Positions 11,681-56,000 of a DNA stretch of 64,000 nucleotides are shown here, piece by piece. A program made the translations under genes and the position numbers. The notes under the pieces are model-generated. The model searched no databases and was not told where the DNA came from. It saw nothing but the letters and a program-made list of their open reading frames with translations. Each line of letters opens with the position of its first letter. Position 1 is the stretch's first letter. This DNA comes from Podarcis bocagei (lineage: Eukaryota): the NCBI GenBank assembly GCA_964188305.1, contig OZ076889.1; one strand, 5' to 3'.

Positions 11681-14382
11681 GTATAGACTTATGGTTAGAT
11701 TCATATAGGCTGCCTAGCTTCCGGGCTCTTTCCCCGTTTTTGCATGTTTATTGCGGGGCAAAATAGAGTATGGGATTTCTATATCTTTTGGGGGATGAAT
11801 TGTTATTAACAGCGATAAAAAGCAAATTATTATTATTATTATTATTTCAAAGCAGGATTTTAGCGTGCTGTATTTGTGAATTGCACCTCCGCCCCCTAAA
11901 AAGTTATAGCAAAGGGGAGCCCCATTAAAAATAATGAATGGGGTTCTGCTGAGAAGAAATGCTTCTACTGATCGCTTTCCAGCCCCGTTAAACGTTGCGG
12001 TTAAACCCAGCAACGCTCAGAAGAGAGCGAGGGCAGAGCGTCCGCATTTATGGGGTGCCAACCTAGGCAGGGTCCTAACACGAGATGACTAGCAGTGATT
12101 CAGTTGGGGTTGTCCGGTTAGCCAAAATTTCATATTGGCAGTTGCCTGACAGGTTACAAATCCGCGAGGGTGCGCTTTAAATTCTGGTGGTTATTTTTGA
12201 AAAGAGCCTTCTGCCCCCCACATATGCTCAGACGTGCTCTCCCTTTTACACAGGATGGGAAGGCGTTTGGTATATGCTCAGGAGCAACCCTAAATTTATC
12301 CAGCGCCTCCTTGATGTAGCGATGGAGAAGGCTGTACGGTGTCTTGTTTCTGCAAAGTTGCTAAAGGCACTGAAGTCCTGAGACAGACAATGTGGCAACT
12401 ATATTGTTCACTATTCAGCCAGGATATGTGAACTGTTTATGGTCTTTCAGGGTACAGGAACGCCATAATTGGTGCCAGGAATTCAATTGACTTTAATTGG
12501 GTCACCAAGTAGAGATAACCTGGATTAAATTCGGATTTGCATTGAGCACTTGAATTTGTATTGAATCCACGGCATTTCAGTGAACAGCAAAACTATAAAT
12601 CCCATTTGGTGTGTTGTGGGATTGATGAAGGAATGTATGTCCCATTTCATCTCTTGGGAATCTTCCAAGTGCATACTTGAAAGACAAAAGCACATTGTGC
12701 AATTCAGATACAGCACATTTGGAGGGTGGGGACGTAGAGAAGAGAGTTATATTGGTGTTACAGTCGCCCTGCCCCTAGCATATATATACTTGAAAAAACA
12801 AACAAACCCAGTGCAGATGTGCGCGATAGGAAATCCACAAACAATTTTAAAAAATGACAGAAACAAGTTTTACTAAATATAGATGTCATTAGAAAACAAG
12901 AGTGTTTTCTAATTATTTTGAAGTTGGCTATGCCAATTGATGTTGTCTGTCTCTTTTTCTAGAAAAATAGCACTGGCATAAAGGGTTTTTTTTAAAAAAA
13001 ATAAAGTTTGATTGACTTTAATGAGACTTACTCCTAAGTGAATATATGTTGGACTGTAGTCTAAGTAGCTTTTCTTTGCAAGTAGCTAAAAGGTACAGTT
13101 ATTGAGAGAACTGACTAGTTTCATGAGAGGAAGACTCTGATGTTAAAGTCTACGAGTCAGAACAAGCTTGTAAATAACCACCTGTGACAGGTAAAATATA
13201 AATCAAGGCAAATAATTTTTGTAAATGTGGAAGCGTTAGTCCTCCTGCTTGCTTCCAATTTAGGCCAATGACATCCTACAAATGGTTAACCTAGGTTTGT
13301 GTTCATACTGAAATTAGCCATTTGTGCTAAACCCATGTGTAGGCTTGTGTGTGTAATCTGTCAAGTTGACTTAGGAGCAGTTTGATATTTTCTTCAGCGG
13401 TGGTGGGTGTCATTAAACAAAACAACACATTACAATCTGCCAATAAAAAAATTTAATCTCTATAGAAACAGTGCACTGTCTTACAAATGTATTCATTTGG
13501 TTTTCAGTACCCCCTACTGATGTAAGTACAGCAAATGTTATAAATAGCAGAGCCCTCCCACATCCCAAATCCCTAGACCTTTTGTTCAGAAAAACAGAAA
13601 CACAAAAGGCACCAAGCAAGAACGCATCCTAATGGAACTTCCATATGACAAAGACAGAGGTCAGAAATGGTTACAGTGTTAAACAAGATTATAACGCTCC
13701 CAATTAACACATGGAAAACAAATCATTTTTTAAAAAGAAAATTTGGTTATTGATTTGATTTAGTTACAAATCTGTCAAGTTGGAAAGCAGGAAAATGTCA
13801 CATCATAGTAATTTACAATGATTTGGGGGGTGGGGAATTCCAGCCTTTTTACACATGGGATTTATACAAGGTTTTTATTGTTTTTTCTTAAAAAAGTATC
13901 AAAACTGTAGAGCCTTCAAATCTATTTACAGATTGAGGTTAGTTACAGTTATTACATACAAAGATCTCTCCTTGTTATTGTTCTTCATGCACATAGTGCA
14001 TGACCTTGTAGTAAAATTAACAATTGAATCACATTTTCTTTTCTCCCTCTCCAGCTTTCTTCAAAAGTGTGTATTTACTCATAGGCCTCTGTTTGCAAAA
14101 TCTAGCAGAAATGGGAAATATTTGTTTTTCAATACGTTATAAACAAAGGGCATATCTTTCTGAAGGTGCAAATTATACTACATCCTTAAAAAAACAAACA
14201 CACACTCTTTTAATGGGACCTGTGTGGCCAGTTCAAACAGGATTTCATCACTCATTTGTCATTAAGAGATGACTCACACATGTGAATGAACTATCACAGA
14301 TTTCATATAAAACAATACTTTCATTGAGGACAGTCCAAACATTCAGCTGGAGAGTCATCATATCACACAAGTAATATATAGT

Positions 14383-14508
14383 GGATGTGTAGAACCTTTG
14401 ACACTCCAGATGTTGCTGAACTACAACTCCCATGAGTCCCAGCAAACATTGGGATGATGGAAGTTATAATTCTGCAATGTCAGGCAAGCCAAAGGCTCCC
14501 CACACCTG
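14383..14508. mobile_element. Degenerate palindromic MITE (family of 63866)
   Basis: TCCAGATGTTGCTGAACTACAACTCCCAT...GATGGAAGTTATAATTC. Confidence 0.7.
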
Positions 14509-16482
14509 ATGTATAGACATGTGTGAAACAGGTGACTGACTGTGAAAAAGGGCTGTGCACTGAGTACTGTAGGTGTAGCAATCCTTACATTTTTATGAGT
14601 AACTACTATTGCCTTCCTCCCAAGTGCTGCTTAATAAACTGCTTTTGCAACTGGGAGATGAACCATGGATACCAGAAAACATGGGAAACTCTGAGCTGGT
14701 TTGCATGTCATGCTAAACCATGGCTTAGTACAATATGCATGTTAGAAAACAAGCACCTCTTGTTCTCTTTCTTCCTGCACAATGGGAAGGACGACTTCAG
14801 CAGTGTTTACTTTTCATTTTTTGGCTTGCTGTTGGATGCGAATCTAGGATTGTGGTTTACAACAAACACCAGTTAATTAAATTTATTTTAATTTAACAAG
14901 CCAGCTCACCCATGATTTGAAATTGACTGCTTTTGAAATTGACCTGTTTGTTACAATTCAGTTTTTGGTCTGCATCCAACAATCAACTGACACTGTGTAC
15001 TTATTAATGTTTACTTCTGCTCTAGTATGCTCACTGGTGTTTGAAGCCGAATACATATGATGTTATCCGCAATATGTATCTTGAGAAATAATGCTATTTA
15101 ATGCACTTTCTCTCAAATCAGCTTCCATCTAATTTGAAAGTATAAACTGTGCTTAAGCTGAGATATGTACATTGGAGATAACTGTTACACATGTGTAGAT
15201 GACAACTTAACTGAATAGTTTGATGCAGGGGAACAAATCAGATAACAAGCATTGGGTGGAGACATCCCTGCTCCATCTCTGAGGTGTATAGTGGTGTAAA
15301 AAAAAAAGTGACTTGAAAAGGAGTGTGGGAAAAGGACCTTGCTGCGTTTTAAGCTGCTAATATGCATATAGCCTGAGAGGCAGTAAAAATGAAAGTAAAC
15401 AGTGCCAAAGTCTTCTTCCCAGCCACATTGGTGGAAGAAAGGGGAGGGGGAGAGTGTGTGAGCCTGATGCTCATTTGGGTTTGTTCCAGCTCATGCACAT
15501 CATGCTAAGCCAAGCTGTCATGTATGCCAAAAGCAGTCAAAAAGTAGAGAAGAGAGGCCTTGTTAGACCAGCATTTGTTGGAGAAAGAATGCAAACTTGA
15601 GTTTCAAGTATCAAATAGTTTGGGAAGTGTTCTGCAGTAGATTTTGAAAAAATAAAAACCACCAGTGTGTAATATGCCGAGTCCACACATAAATATATCC
15701 ATACATCATGTTGTGTCTGCAGTGAAACATGTGAGGCATTTTGTCTGAGGTGGCATAAAGCAATATGAAAACCGTGCCGGCTGGGCTTCATCTGCAATGG
15801 CTGCTTACCATACAAAGGTCATCACTTAAATCACTTGAGGTGAAATCCAACATAGTGGAAGTGAGCTGCTTCTTCTCATCACTCCCCCTTGCATGTCCCC
15901 TAAAATCTGCTCTGGAGAGGTAGCGGACCTCCAGAGCAGAATTTTTGGGACAAATAAGGGGCTAGAAGGAGGATAAGAGAATCCATTAGAAAAGTATCCA
16001 TTGTGCAAGTGGATTTCTTTTATGAAAGTGGGTTGGCCATTATGTTTGCAAAATTATTTATTTTCTGAAAGTGATATAGAAACAACAGTGTGGCCTTTAT
16101 AAATCAAACAGTCACATTTTGTAATTGACTCAAGTACAAAAACAGCAAATTTTTATTCATAACGATTAAACTTCAAATCAAAGGCCTGATTCCACATCAT
16201 GTTAAGTGTTTCCTGCAAGATGGAGATTCCTTCATAATGTCAATCCAGGGTTTTAAGTTACTGATGTTAACTTGAGACTACTAAGCAGTACAAAATGTCT
16301 GTTCAGTTCTAGTGGGATTCTTGTGCTAATGGATCGGTCTGAAAAGACTACAGATGAACTGGAAACTTTGCATTTTACAGGAGCTGCAGGAGAGTAACCT
16401 CAGGGAAAATAACCAGAATGATTGCAGGTTGGAGGTTCAGTGGCCGTAGACAGCTACAGAATTATATGAATTCAACAATTGT

Positions 16483-16620
16483 ATGGCTTTCTGTAGACAT
16501 CTGAAGACAGCCCTGAATTGGGAAGTTTTTAATGTCTTCTTGTGTTTTTTATATTCTGTTGGAAGCTGCCCAGAGTGGCTGGGGCAACCCAGTCAGATGG
16601 GTGGGGTACAAGCAGTAAAT
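16483..16620 (+). mobile_element. Short L2 3' end
   Basis: AGACATCTGAAGACAGCCCTG...GCCCAGAGTGGCTGGGGCAACCCAGTCAGATGGGTGGGGTACAA matches 47730-47853. Confidence 0.8.
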
Positions 16621-16644
16621 TATTCAGCCAAAAGTTTAATTAGA

Positions 16645-16800
16645 CCTCAAAGGTTCAAATTCCTGTTGCCATGAAGCTTTGTGGGTGACCTTGGGCCTGT
16701 CACTCACTCTCAGCCCAACCTACCTCACAAGGTTGCTGAGAAGATAAAAGGAGGAGGGACTCACATGTGTTGCCCTGAACTATTTGGGGGAAGGGAAGAT
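16645..16800 (+). mobile_element. Degenerate Squam3-like SINE
   Basis: GGTTCAAATTCC..GGGTGACCTTGGGCCTGTCAC..CTCTCAGCCCAACCTACCTCACAAGGTTG. Confidence 0.65.
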
Positions 16801-19679
16801 AATGATAACGAATTTTTATCTTGGGTTGAATAATGGCCAGACTGTCCTGGACTCTGGGGGAGTACATTTTCTGCTTTCCCATATCTGCTAGCTCAGCAAT
16901 TTTCAAACTTTATTCAATGAACCCTTTGCACTTACTTGTCTACTGAGGAATTTTACGCTTTGAAATTACTTGTCTATTGAGGAATTTTACGTTTGTTGCA
17001 GGGGATTCTGGGGACATGTTTAAGGATGAATATTCAGACCACATGGATCTTTTTGGTCCTCACAGCCCATCTATTGAAAATGCATCCCAGGACACATTCC
17101 AAGCTCCCCTACAGTCATGGATTGCAGGGGAAGATCAGTAATGGTGGCCAAGATGCCCTTCAGGGAAAGTTTGTGCTTACTGATCTTCTCATTGAGGAAC
17201 TACTGATAACGTTTGCAGGAAGAAACTCTTGAGTACTGTTGCATTAAACATCAACAGCTTTATATAAACAAGCAATGATGAGATAAGCTGCAGCATATTG
17301 CACAGAAAAAAGTGAAGTCCCGACACACAAGCTAATAATATGAATCAGTCTTCAGAAATTAGCACAGGGTGTGTATAAAAACAGATCAACATGTTTGGAT
17401 GAATGAGTGCTTCCCTGCCTCCAGTGTGGCTGTGAGGAGCTTGGGAGCCTTTGCTTCTGATTTCAATGAGCAGCAGTTCAGTGTGTCATTTGCACCCTAA
17501 ACTATGGTTAGTGTTAACTATGGTTTGAAGTTGGCTGCTTCAAAAGAGCCACAGTTAAAATTAACCACAGTTGGCCCTGTTCAGATGATGCACTAAACTG
17601 TGATTATCTCCTAGCAGCTGCTCTGGAGGAGAAAGGAAGAATATGAGCCTGAGGTTTGCTGCAGCTCATTCTCATTATGCTAAACTATGATTAAGTGTGG
17701 TGCCTGTCTGCACCAGCATATTTTCATGAATTCTTCAACTTCTGCCTTTGTCTTAGCTTGCATCTTGGCACCCTGGCTAGTATTCCACTCTACAGGTGTT
17801 TTTCACATGCAGGTTAGTACCTTGTTAATGTTGCCCAAATATATACCTCTCTTATTTCTTTTTTTAGAAAGAGAAAAAAGGTATTTCTGTTTTTGAATAA
17901 TCTAGGCTACTTGACATTCCCACAGACATACCTCAAGTTCACTGATCACAGCAGATGGAAGCTGCACCCTAAACCCCTCCACTTATGCAGACTGGGAATT
18001 AGGATTGCTCAGTTACTTCCGAGTAAACATGCATAGGGCTGCATTAAAGTTTCTCCCACCACCTCATACTAAAGCTATTGGTACAGAGATGGGTGCAAGG
18101 GTGAATTGTTATAGCAGCATGAATTTGCCATTATTTAAACCACCCCACAAAGGAAATCTGTGAGGAATTGCATGAATGTAGGGAAATGGGTACAAATTAA
18201 GACCAGTACAACAAAGCACAAAGCTAATCACAGTGAAGTAAAAAACAATGTAAAGTTGTGCTGGTGTAGATATACCCTTGAGGGCATAATATTACTCAGC
18301 GTCATTTGTCTTACTGTTCAAAAGCTACAGAAATCTGTCATAGGAAAGTGTTCAGATGACCTCTCTGGATACCACTGTTACCTTTATCATTGACTTTTTT
18401 GTCCTGTGTGCTGTTGGTTTGGTTTTTTTTTTAAGGGGTGTGGGAGGTATAACCAAATCAAAACTGAGAATAATCCATGGGGCAGAGCAACCCAACTCAC
18501 CCCCATTAAGTGTAATCTTAAACATGCACACTTTGAAGTATATTCAGTTAAACATAACGAGACTTCTTTGAATAGATGCTAAGATTGGCACCCTAAACTT
18601 GCTAATGTATGTCTAAACCTGCCAGATTAATGGTTTGGGATTGCAAGCATTGCCCTTGATGTCTGTGCTGAGGTTCTGGGCTTCCCCATTCACTTCAGTG
18701 GAGGACACCCCTTTCTGTGCAAAGCTGTTCCCTCCATTTACAATGAATGGGGAATCGTATTCGGGAGGTTTACCATGTGTGTGAGTGAGAATTCCTGTGC
18801 CTATGAGGATTTCCTGGAGTGCAACAATTGTGCAAAGATGTCTAAGTCATGAGCTGGTTCATCTGCCAGGACAGAATTTGGTTTGTTCATTATGGGGGCA
18901 CATTTGTTTCTTTGACAGTCATGGACTATCCTAATGTAACAGCTGTAATCCTTACTCAGAGGCTTTAGATTTCAAAGCAAAATCTTCCACAAAACATCCC
19001 TTAAGAATTTTATTACCCTATTTCCCATAAAGATGGGCTAGTCTTTCTAAAATATATTCATATATATATATTTATATATATATATATACTTATTTATATA
19101 TGCGTATGTCTATATACCTATCCAGTGTAGATAGGTATATACACAGATAATCTATGCACAGCGAGCCAAGCATACAAAAAATAAATACTCTCATCCTCTA
19201 AGTGTATGTACAGAACAAACCTTATATCCAGAATTTGTTAATAAATATCCTAAACGGCTTGTATAGACCTCTTTTTTTCCTTTTCTTTCTTATGTTGATG
19301 GATAGCCACAAAGTATGTCCGACATTTTTACAAAATTTCTATAAATATAGCTTTTAAAAATGACACATATGCTACCGACCCTTGGGTCTGGCTGGTTCTA
19401 TACACCGAGTTAGTAGCCCCACAGTAGAGCAGCCTCCTCACCATTACGGATGGATAGTGCAAGAAGCTTAAAAGGTGTATAAAAGATTATACATACAAAA
19501 CTCTCACATCCTTTGGATGTTTGCAGTTCATTATTACTTTGTGGTTACCCTTCTGCAACATAAATAAACCATTAAAGGAGAGAAGGAGATAGAAGAAAGT
19601 GGACTCCGTGATCCACAGCAGGCGTGTTCAGTGCATATCTATCAATCCACCGGCTGTGGGGTTGGTGCAGGTGCGGTCC

Positions 19680-50681
<31,002 letters not shown>

Positions 50682-52931
50682 CTGTGGAATAAAAGCAAAA
50701 GAGGCGAGTTAGGAGAGCTCAAGCCTACCCAACAGACATAGTCTTCCATATTTTCAGCGTTTCAGCCTTTTTCCAAAGAGCCACCCAAATCTCTTTTTGT
50801 TTCCTATTTCCCAATGGGGGTGGGGATTAACATGCATTTTTATTGCATGCACATGTGTGCATTTTTATCACTATTGCCTCCTACTCTTCCATTCTGATGC
50901 TTCCACTTGCTCCTCATTGAAAGAAATAATAGAGATTGCTCTTGCTATCCTCATTCTTATCCACTACCACCAGGGGCACAGCTATACATCTCTATTTCAG
51001 GGACTGGAAGGTCCACACAGTGCATCTGATATAGCTTATATTACTGCACCAACACCAACCCAATTCGTAATGGTAACTACAGAGCCAAAAGGTGCACAGC
51101 TTGCATGGCCTGCTTCCTGCTCATCAGCAGAGAGAGAGCCAGGGGAAAAATTAGCTACCTGTCTTTCCCAGGGATACTTCATGCATTCCTGATTGTGTGC
51201 TACAGGGCTGAACAAAGAAGAAGTGGATGAGTCGCAAAGATGGTAAACAAATCGATAAGGGGTATTCAGTTTACTCCAGGTGATCAGAAGGGTCATAAAA
51301 TATATCTTGCATACTCGACTAAGGAAAGGTTCATTTTAATACTTCTCTCCTTGCTGGTGCCTGCTAACCCAACAAGAACCCACAAAGGATGGTGTGTCCT
51401 GTGCCATCTTTATGTCTGTAGTGAGTGCAAGAGTGTCAAGGGGCTGGGGGAGAAGAGGGGCCTTCAGCTGTGCAATGCAATATGCAACTAGGAACTCAAG
51501 AAGTTGCCCCTGCAATGTGCATTCTCCCCACCCCCAAGGGAGCATCAAGAGGGGGAGAACACTTCAGTCTCATTTGCTCATGCTCGCTCTTCAAAATGCA
51601 TGCAAATGGGAAAATGGCTAGCATTGAGGCTGAGCTAAAGGAAAAAATGGCCAGATGGTCCAAAATCTCTTTCAAGCGTGAAAGGAGCTAGGTGGCAAAT
51701 CTAACTGGAGTAGTCCAAGAATTGCAGGTCACTATAAAACAGTGAGAGGGAACAACTGTAGAAATTTGGAGGGGGGAAAAGAGCAAATCAGTTGCATAGA
51801 AAGGCTGGAGATCAGCATTGCAGCCAGTTGGGGAGGCCAGATATCAGAATGCCCCAGTTAAAGACCAGGGAATGACTCAAGTGCGTGCAGGCTTGTTATC
51901 TGCACTACAGTATACTCTGCTCTGGCCCTTCATGAGTGCCAATTTCATTCCCCTCCAAACGTAAGTAGATTTCTGAATTTCACAGCATGTCTTGTTTTGA
52001 ACACATTAAGAGGTATGCATAGGGCAAATGCTCAGTGAGGTACGCAGGGATTTAGCTTCTGAGTTGCACTGATAAGCCCCTTTGCAACACAGTGAAATTT
52101 TCCCCTGGAAGTCACCGTGTGGCATTTGCATACAAATGAGAGTTTTCTGAGCTATAAAGTTGGGATTGATATTTTTCTCTCTCCTCCAATCTCTGCATGC
52201 CTGATTCAAAGTTGAACCAGAGGAAGTAGTTCAAATTAAAACTTCCAGGTGCCCTAGGGGCAGGGAACTAATGGTCACTTAGATTAGCAAAAGCAAATTC
52301 AACCCCATCAAGATTACCATTGAAAACTCTTAATTGTGTGTAATTTGTTTTGCTATTAAGACACACTCACACACCTCTGCTTCAGCACTTTCAAGGATCC
52401 ATAGGGAAATGATTACTTTTACAAATTATGCAACATGAAACATCATTCTTGGAAACAAGTTCTTTTAATTGGCGCAAGAGGGCATTTTATTGTTAACAGT
52501 TGAAGTAAACATTGCTCCTCCTGTACCATTCCAGTGAGATCCCACACAGCTTACTAGTAGCTGAGATAACAACAATATGGAGGAGGGGGCTTAAGCTGGA
52601 GGAGGCTGTTAAACCCCCCCCCCCAACTGGTCCACTGGTCTTTATTTATGCCAAGGTATCTAATTAGCTGCAAGCCTCAATTCTAAATTTCTTTCCTTGT
52701 TTCATTTGCAGCATCAGGTGGCTTGTGCCCAAAGACTGTGATATGCAACTTAACTGCAGGATGGAGGTGCACAGAATTGGGTCAAACTGTACATAGAAGA
52801 GTTTATGAAACATGCCTGTTTGACTTTAAGGCAGGGGGTGGGTTAATGTTTTATATAAAAAGCAGTAGAAGAGGTGAGTGAAGCCCGCACCCTCCTCCTA
52901 CTTCACTTTACCATACTCTGCTGCTTTATAC

Positions 52932-53062
52932 TCATAGAATTGTAGAGTTGGAAGGGACCCTAAGGATCATCTAGTCCAACCCACTTCAATGCAGGAATAT
53001 GCAGGGGATCAAACTTGCAACCTTGGCATCATCAGCACCATGCTCTAACCAACTGAGCTAAC
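52932..53062 (-). mobile_element. tRNA-Ile-derived SINE with CR1 3' tail
   Basis: Minus: TAGCTCAGTTGGTTAGAGCATGGTGCTGATGATGCCAAGGTTGCAAGTTTGATCCCC + GTTGGACTAGATGATCC..GGTCCCTTCCAACTCTACAATTCTATGA. Confidence 0.8.
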
Positions 53063-56000
53063 TGCTTCTGCCAAGCTTCGCTCCAATGCCAGAAGTGAGT
53101 CAGCAGGGAAAGAATAGCTTAAAACAGTAGAGTGCAGTGTGCTAAGGCACAGGACAGGAGTGGTGTGACAAAGGCCGACCCTGAATCTCTTTAAGTTCCC
53201 CATTACAGCTAAAAGCCTAATTCCCACCACTTATGAAAACACAATTGGAGACTTTCTTTGAAATACTGAGAAAAGACTTGGCACTTTCCTTTTTAATTAA
53301 CACCTTGACCACCCCAGCTCCCAAAAGGTGTTCTGGCCTGCTGCTGGATTCTACAGGGCAAGAATTGCCTGACCACAGAAAGCTCCAAGTGACCAACTTG
53401 CTCAAATAGAGGTTGAGAGTAGACTGAGCCTTTTTAAGCCTCAGCCTCAAGACTTCCTCTCCTGGGCTCTGCCCCCTTGTCAGGAGCTTCAGGGGGCCAA
53501 CCCTCTGGCTTGAAGACAGGCACTCCCTCCCTCCTCCGTTCCTTAGCCTACCACCTGGTACACTCCCTGCACCACTGGGCTTGGCATGTGCTGTGAGAGG
53601 CCTTTGGATCCTCAGGAGCAGGGGAAGACACCTGTAAGCCCTGGCTTTTGCCCACAGGCCCTGGTGGTACACGGAGCTCTTTTGGAGGCTCCTGTGTGCT
53701 TGAGTGAAAAGCAGCCTTTCTCAGCCTAATGCCCAGGCCCATGGCTGAAGGATGCTAAAGAAAACTGGGCCCTTTCCTCTCACCTCTGTTGTGATTGTAG
53801 GCTGAGCTTAAAGACAACAGCATTGCAGCAGCTTTGCACCAACTAGGTCAGGAGTAGAGGAAGGCTTTGGCAACAGTTCCACAAACCTACCGTATTTACA
53901 CTGATGGGGGCTCCTTGTGTTTTTTAGGGGGATCAGAGATACTTTGGGGGTTGCTCATGCATTCCAAGATTGAGCCTGATGGTTTTGGAACTGCAATCCT
54001 GAATTATCAAGTTGCTGTGAAATCGCTCCTCAATCCTATAAACAAGTCCACATGGGCTACATAGTATGTAATTCAGTCTCCTATACAAAGGGATGTGTGA
54101 CTTACCTTAATGCCAGTCCTTCTGGTGCTGATTTCAAACTGCCAGAAGTCTAAGATTTCAGAACTTCATGATCATGCAGACATGATCCAACCCATGACCA
54201 TCGTAGCTAACACTTTCCTACAGCCAGAGAGTGACCATCTCTCCCTTCGCTTCCCCCAAGTACCCTGTACTTAATTGGCACTTTCAACTGACCTATTCAT
54301 CTTGCTTAATAGCTCAACAGCAGCCCTCTTGGATCACTAGCCTCATTCCCTTATTAGATAATAATTTACGGTAGCAAGGATAAAAGCTTTCCTGAAAAGT
54401 TCAAAGAGTTGTGATAAACGTGAAAGATGCAGTGACTGTACGCTGCTAATGTAGCACTCCAGGTTGCATAGAGGAAATTGCCTTTGTAGATTTCATTTGA
54501 GTGGATTACAAATCAATGAGCAAAGTTTGCATAAGCACCCCTCCTTTTTTTTGGCAGGGCTGATGCAATTTATAAACTTCAGCTGTGAATTTATTTCTCT
54601 TTCCTGTGGGTCTAACAAGCATTTCTTTCTTTCTTTCTTCATTAGCTCATCTCCGCCCTTCCTTCTGCTTGTATACCTTTTCTCTGTCTATTGAAATCTG
54701 CCAAACATGCAAATAAGACCATTCCACACATATGCACAAAAATGGCCCTCCACCAGCAGCTGATACAAATTAATATAATGCTTCTTCCTCATCTCCTCTG
54801 CGCCTGCTTATGGACCTATGCGTTCTCACATCAAAGGCCATCTCAAATAACCAATGGATGCAATGCTAAATGATCATAAATAAGATGTGCAGGTTTTAAC
54901 AGAAGCCATCTGTTTACTTTCTTTGATTTTGCTATCTATTACAGTATGGTAAGTGTTTCTTTACTTGCGATGGGAAAGATATGGATTTCTTTTTAGTTTT
55001 TTTCTTCAAGGTTCCAAGAAAGAGCTGCTGCAATTGCAGTTGAAGAAGCCACTTAAAGAGCTCTCAAAAGTAATCTTCAGGATCCTAGATACCAAGGAAA
55101 GTTGTACCAGGAGCATTAAAATGAGAGCAGTAAACATAATGCAGCCTTACTTTCCCTACATCTTCCTCTAAAAAGAAAGAAAAGTGTGGAGTGGGGTAGA
55201 AGAGAGAAAGAGAGATGGAGAAGCATATTTATTCATCTATAGACCAATATATATCTTATGACCAAATGCCCCCATACATGTTTTGTTCACTAGAAAACTG
55301 AAATGATGCAGTTAAGAAGAGTGTATTATGAAAACTGGCATAATGCACCTCATTTCCTACAGTTATTTGTCTGTGTGTATGTGGAGGGGGGAAATGGAAG
55401 GAAAGAAAAAAAGCAGTGACTCAATAGGTATGTAAGGGCATTAAGCTGTCTCTTGCATTCTTTTCCTTAAGAGTGCTTTGTAATAAAAGAAGGGACAAGC
55501 AAAAAAAGCTTCTCCAACTGCAAATTTCCATACAAGTGCTTTGACTGAATGGTTAGCTGCTGCCATAGTCAGATCATTAACCCTGGGTAGAACAATACTG
55601 GGAAAATAGCTTCAGAAGAGATGTTAGGTATATTGCTACTTGAGACGGAAAGTCCAAAGAGTGCCACTCCTAATTTGACAAAATTACCATACTTTAATGT
55701 AGGGATGGGCGAACTATGGTCCTACTGCCACGTGTGACTTAATTTCAAAAGCCCTTTGCAAGGGATGTGCTCAGACTGCTAGCAAGAGAGATCTGTTTCT
55801 CTGTTTCTCTCCTTGCAAACCACTGGGAGGAAAGGAAGGAGGAGGAGGGGAGAAAAGGGTGTCAAAAAGAGAGGGGAAAGGGGGTGTCAGAGTGAGGAGG
55901 GGGGTCCTGCTCACTTTTGACTCAATTACTGCCAAGTCACCCCTGAAAGATGACCTCTGAGAGACTGTAGGACTTAAGAGAGGGGAGGGGAAACTCTCCT

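Larger units (their letters stand above)
12850..19679 (-). other. Putative long LRP8 3' UTR with several candidate poly(A) signals
   Basis: AU-rich, non-coding; minus-strand AATAAA at 19009-19014, 16152-16157, 13874-13879 and AGTAAA at 12869-12874 with GU-rich downstream. Distal end is inferred, not demonstrated. Confidence 0.5.
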
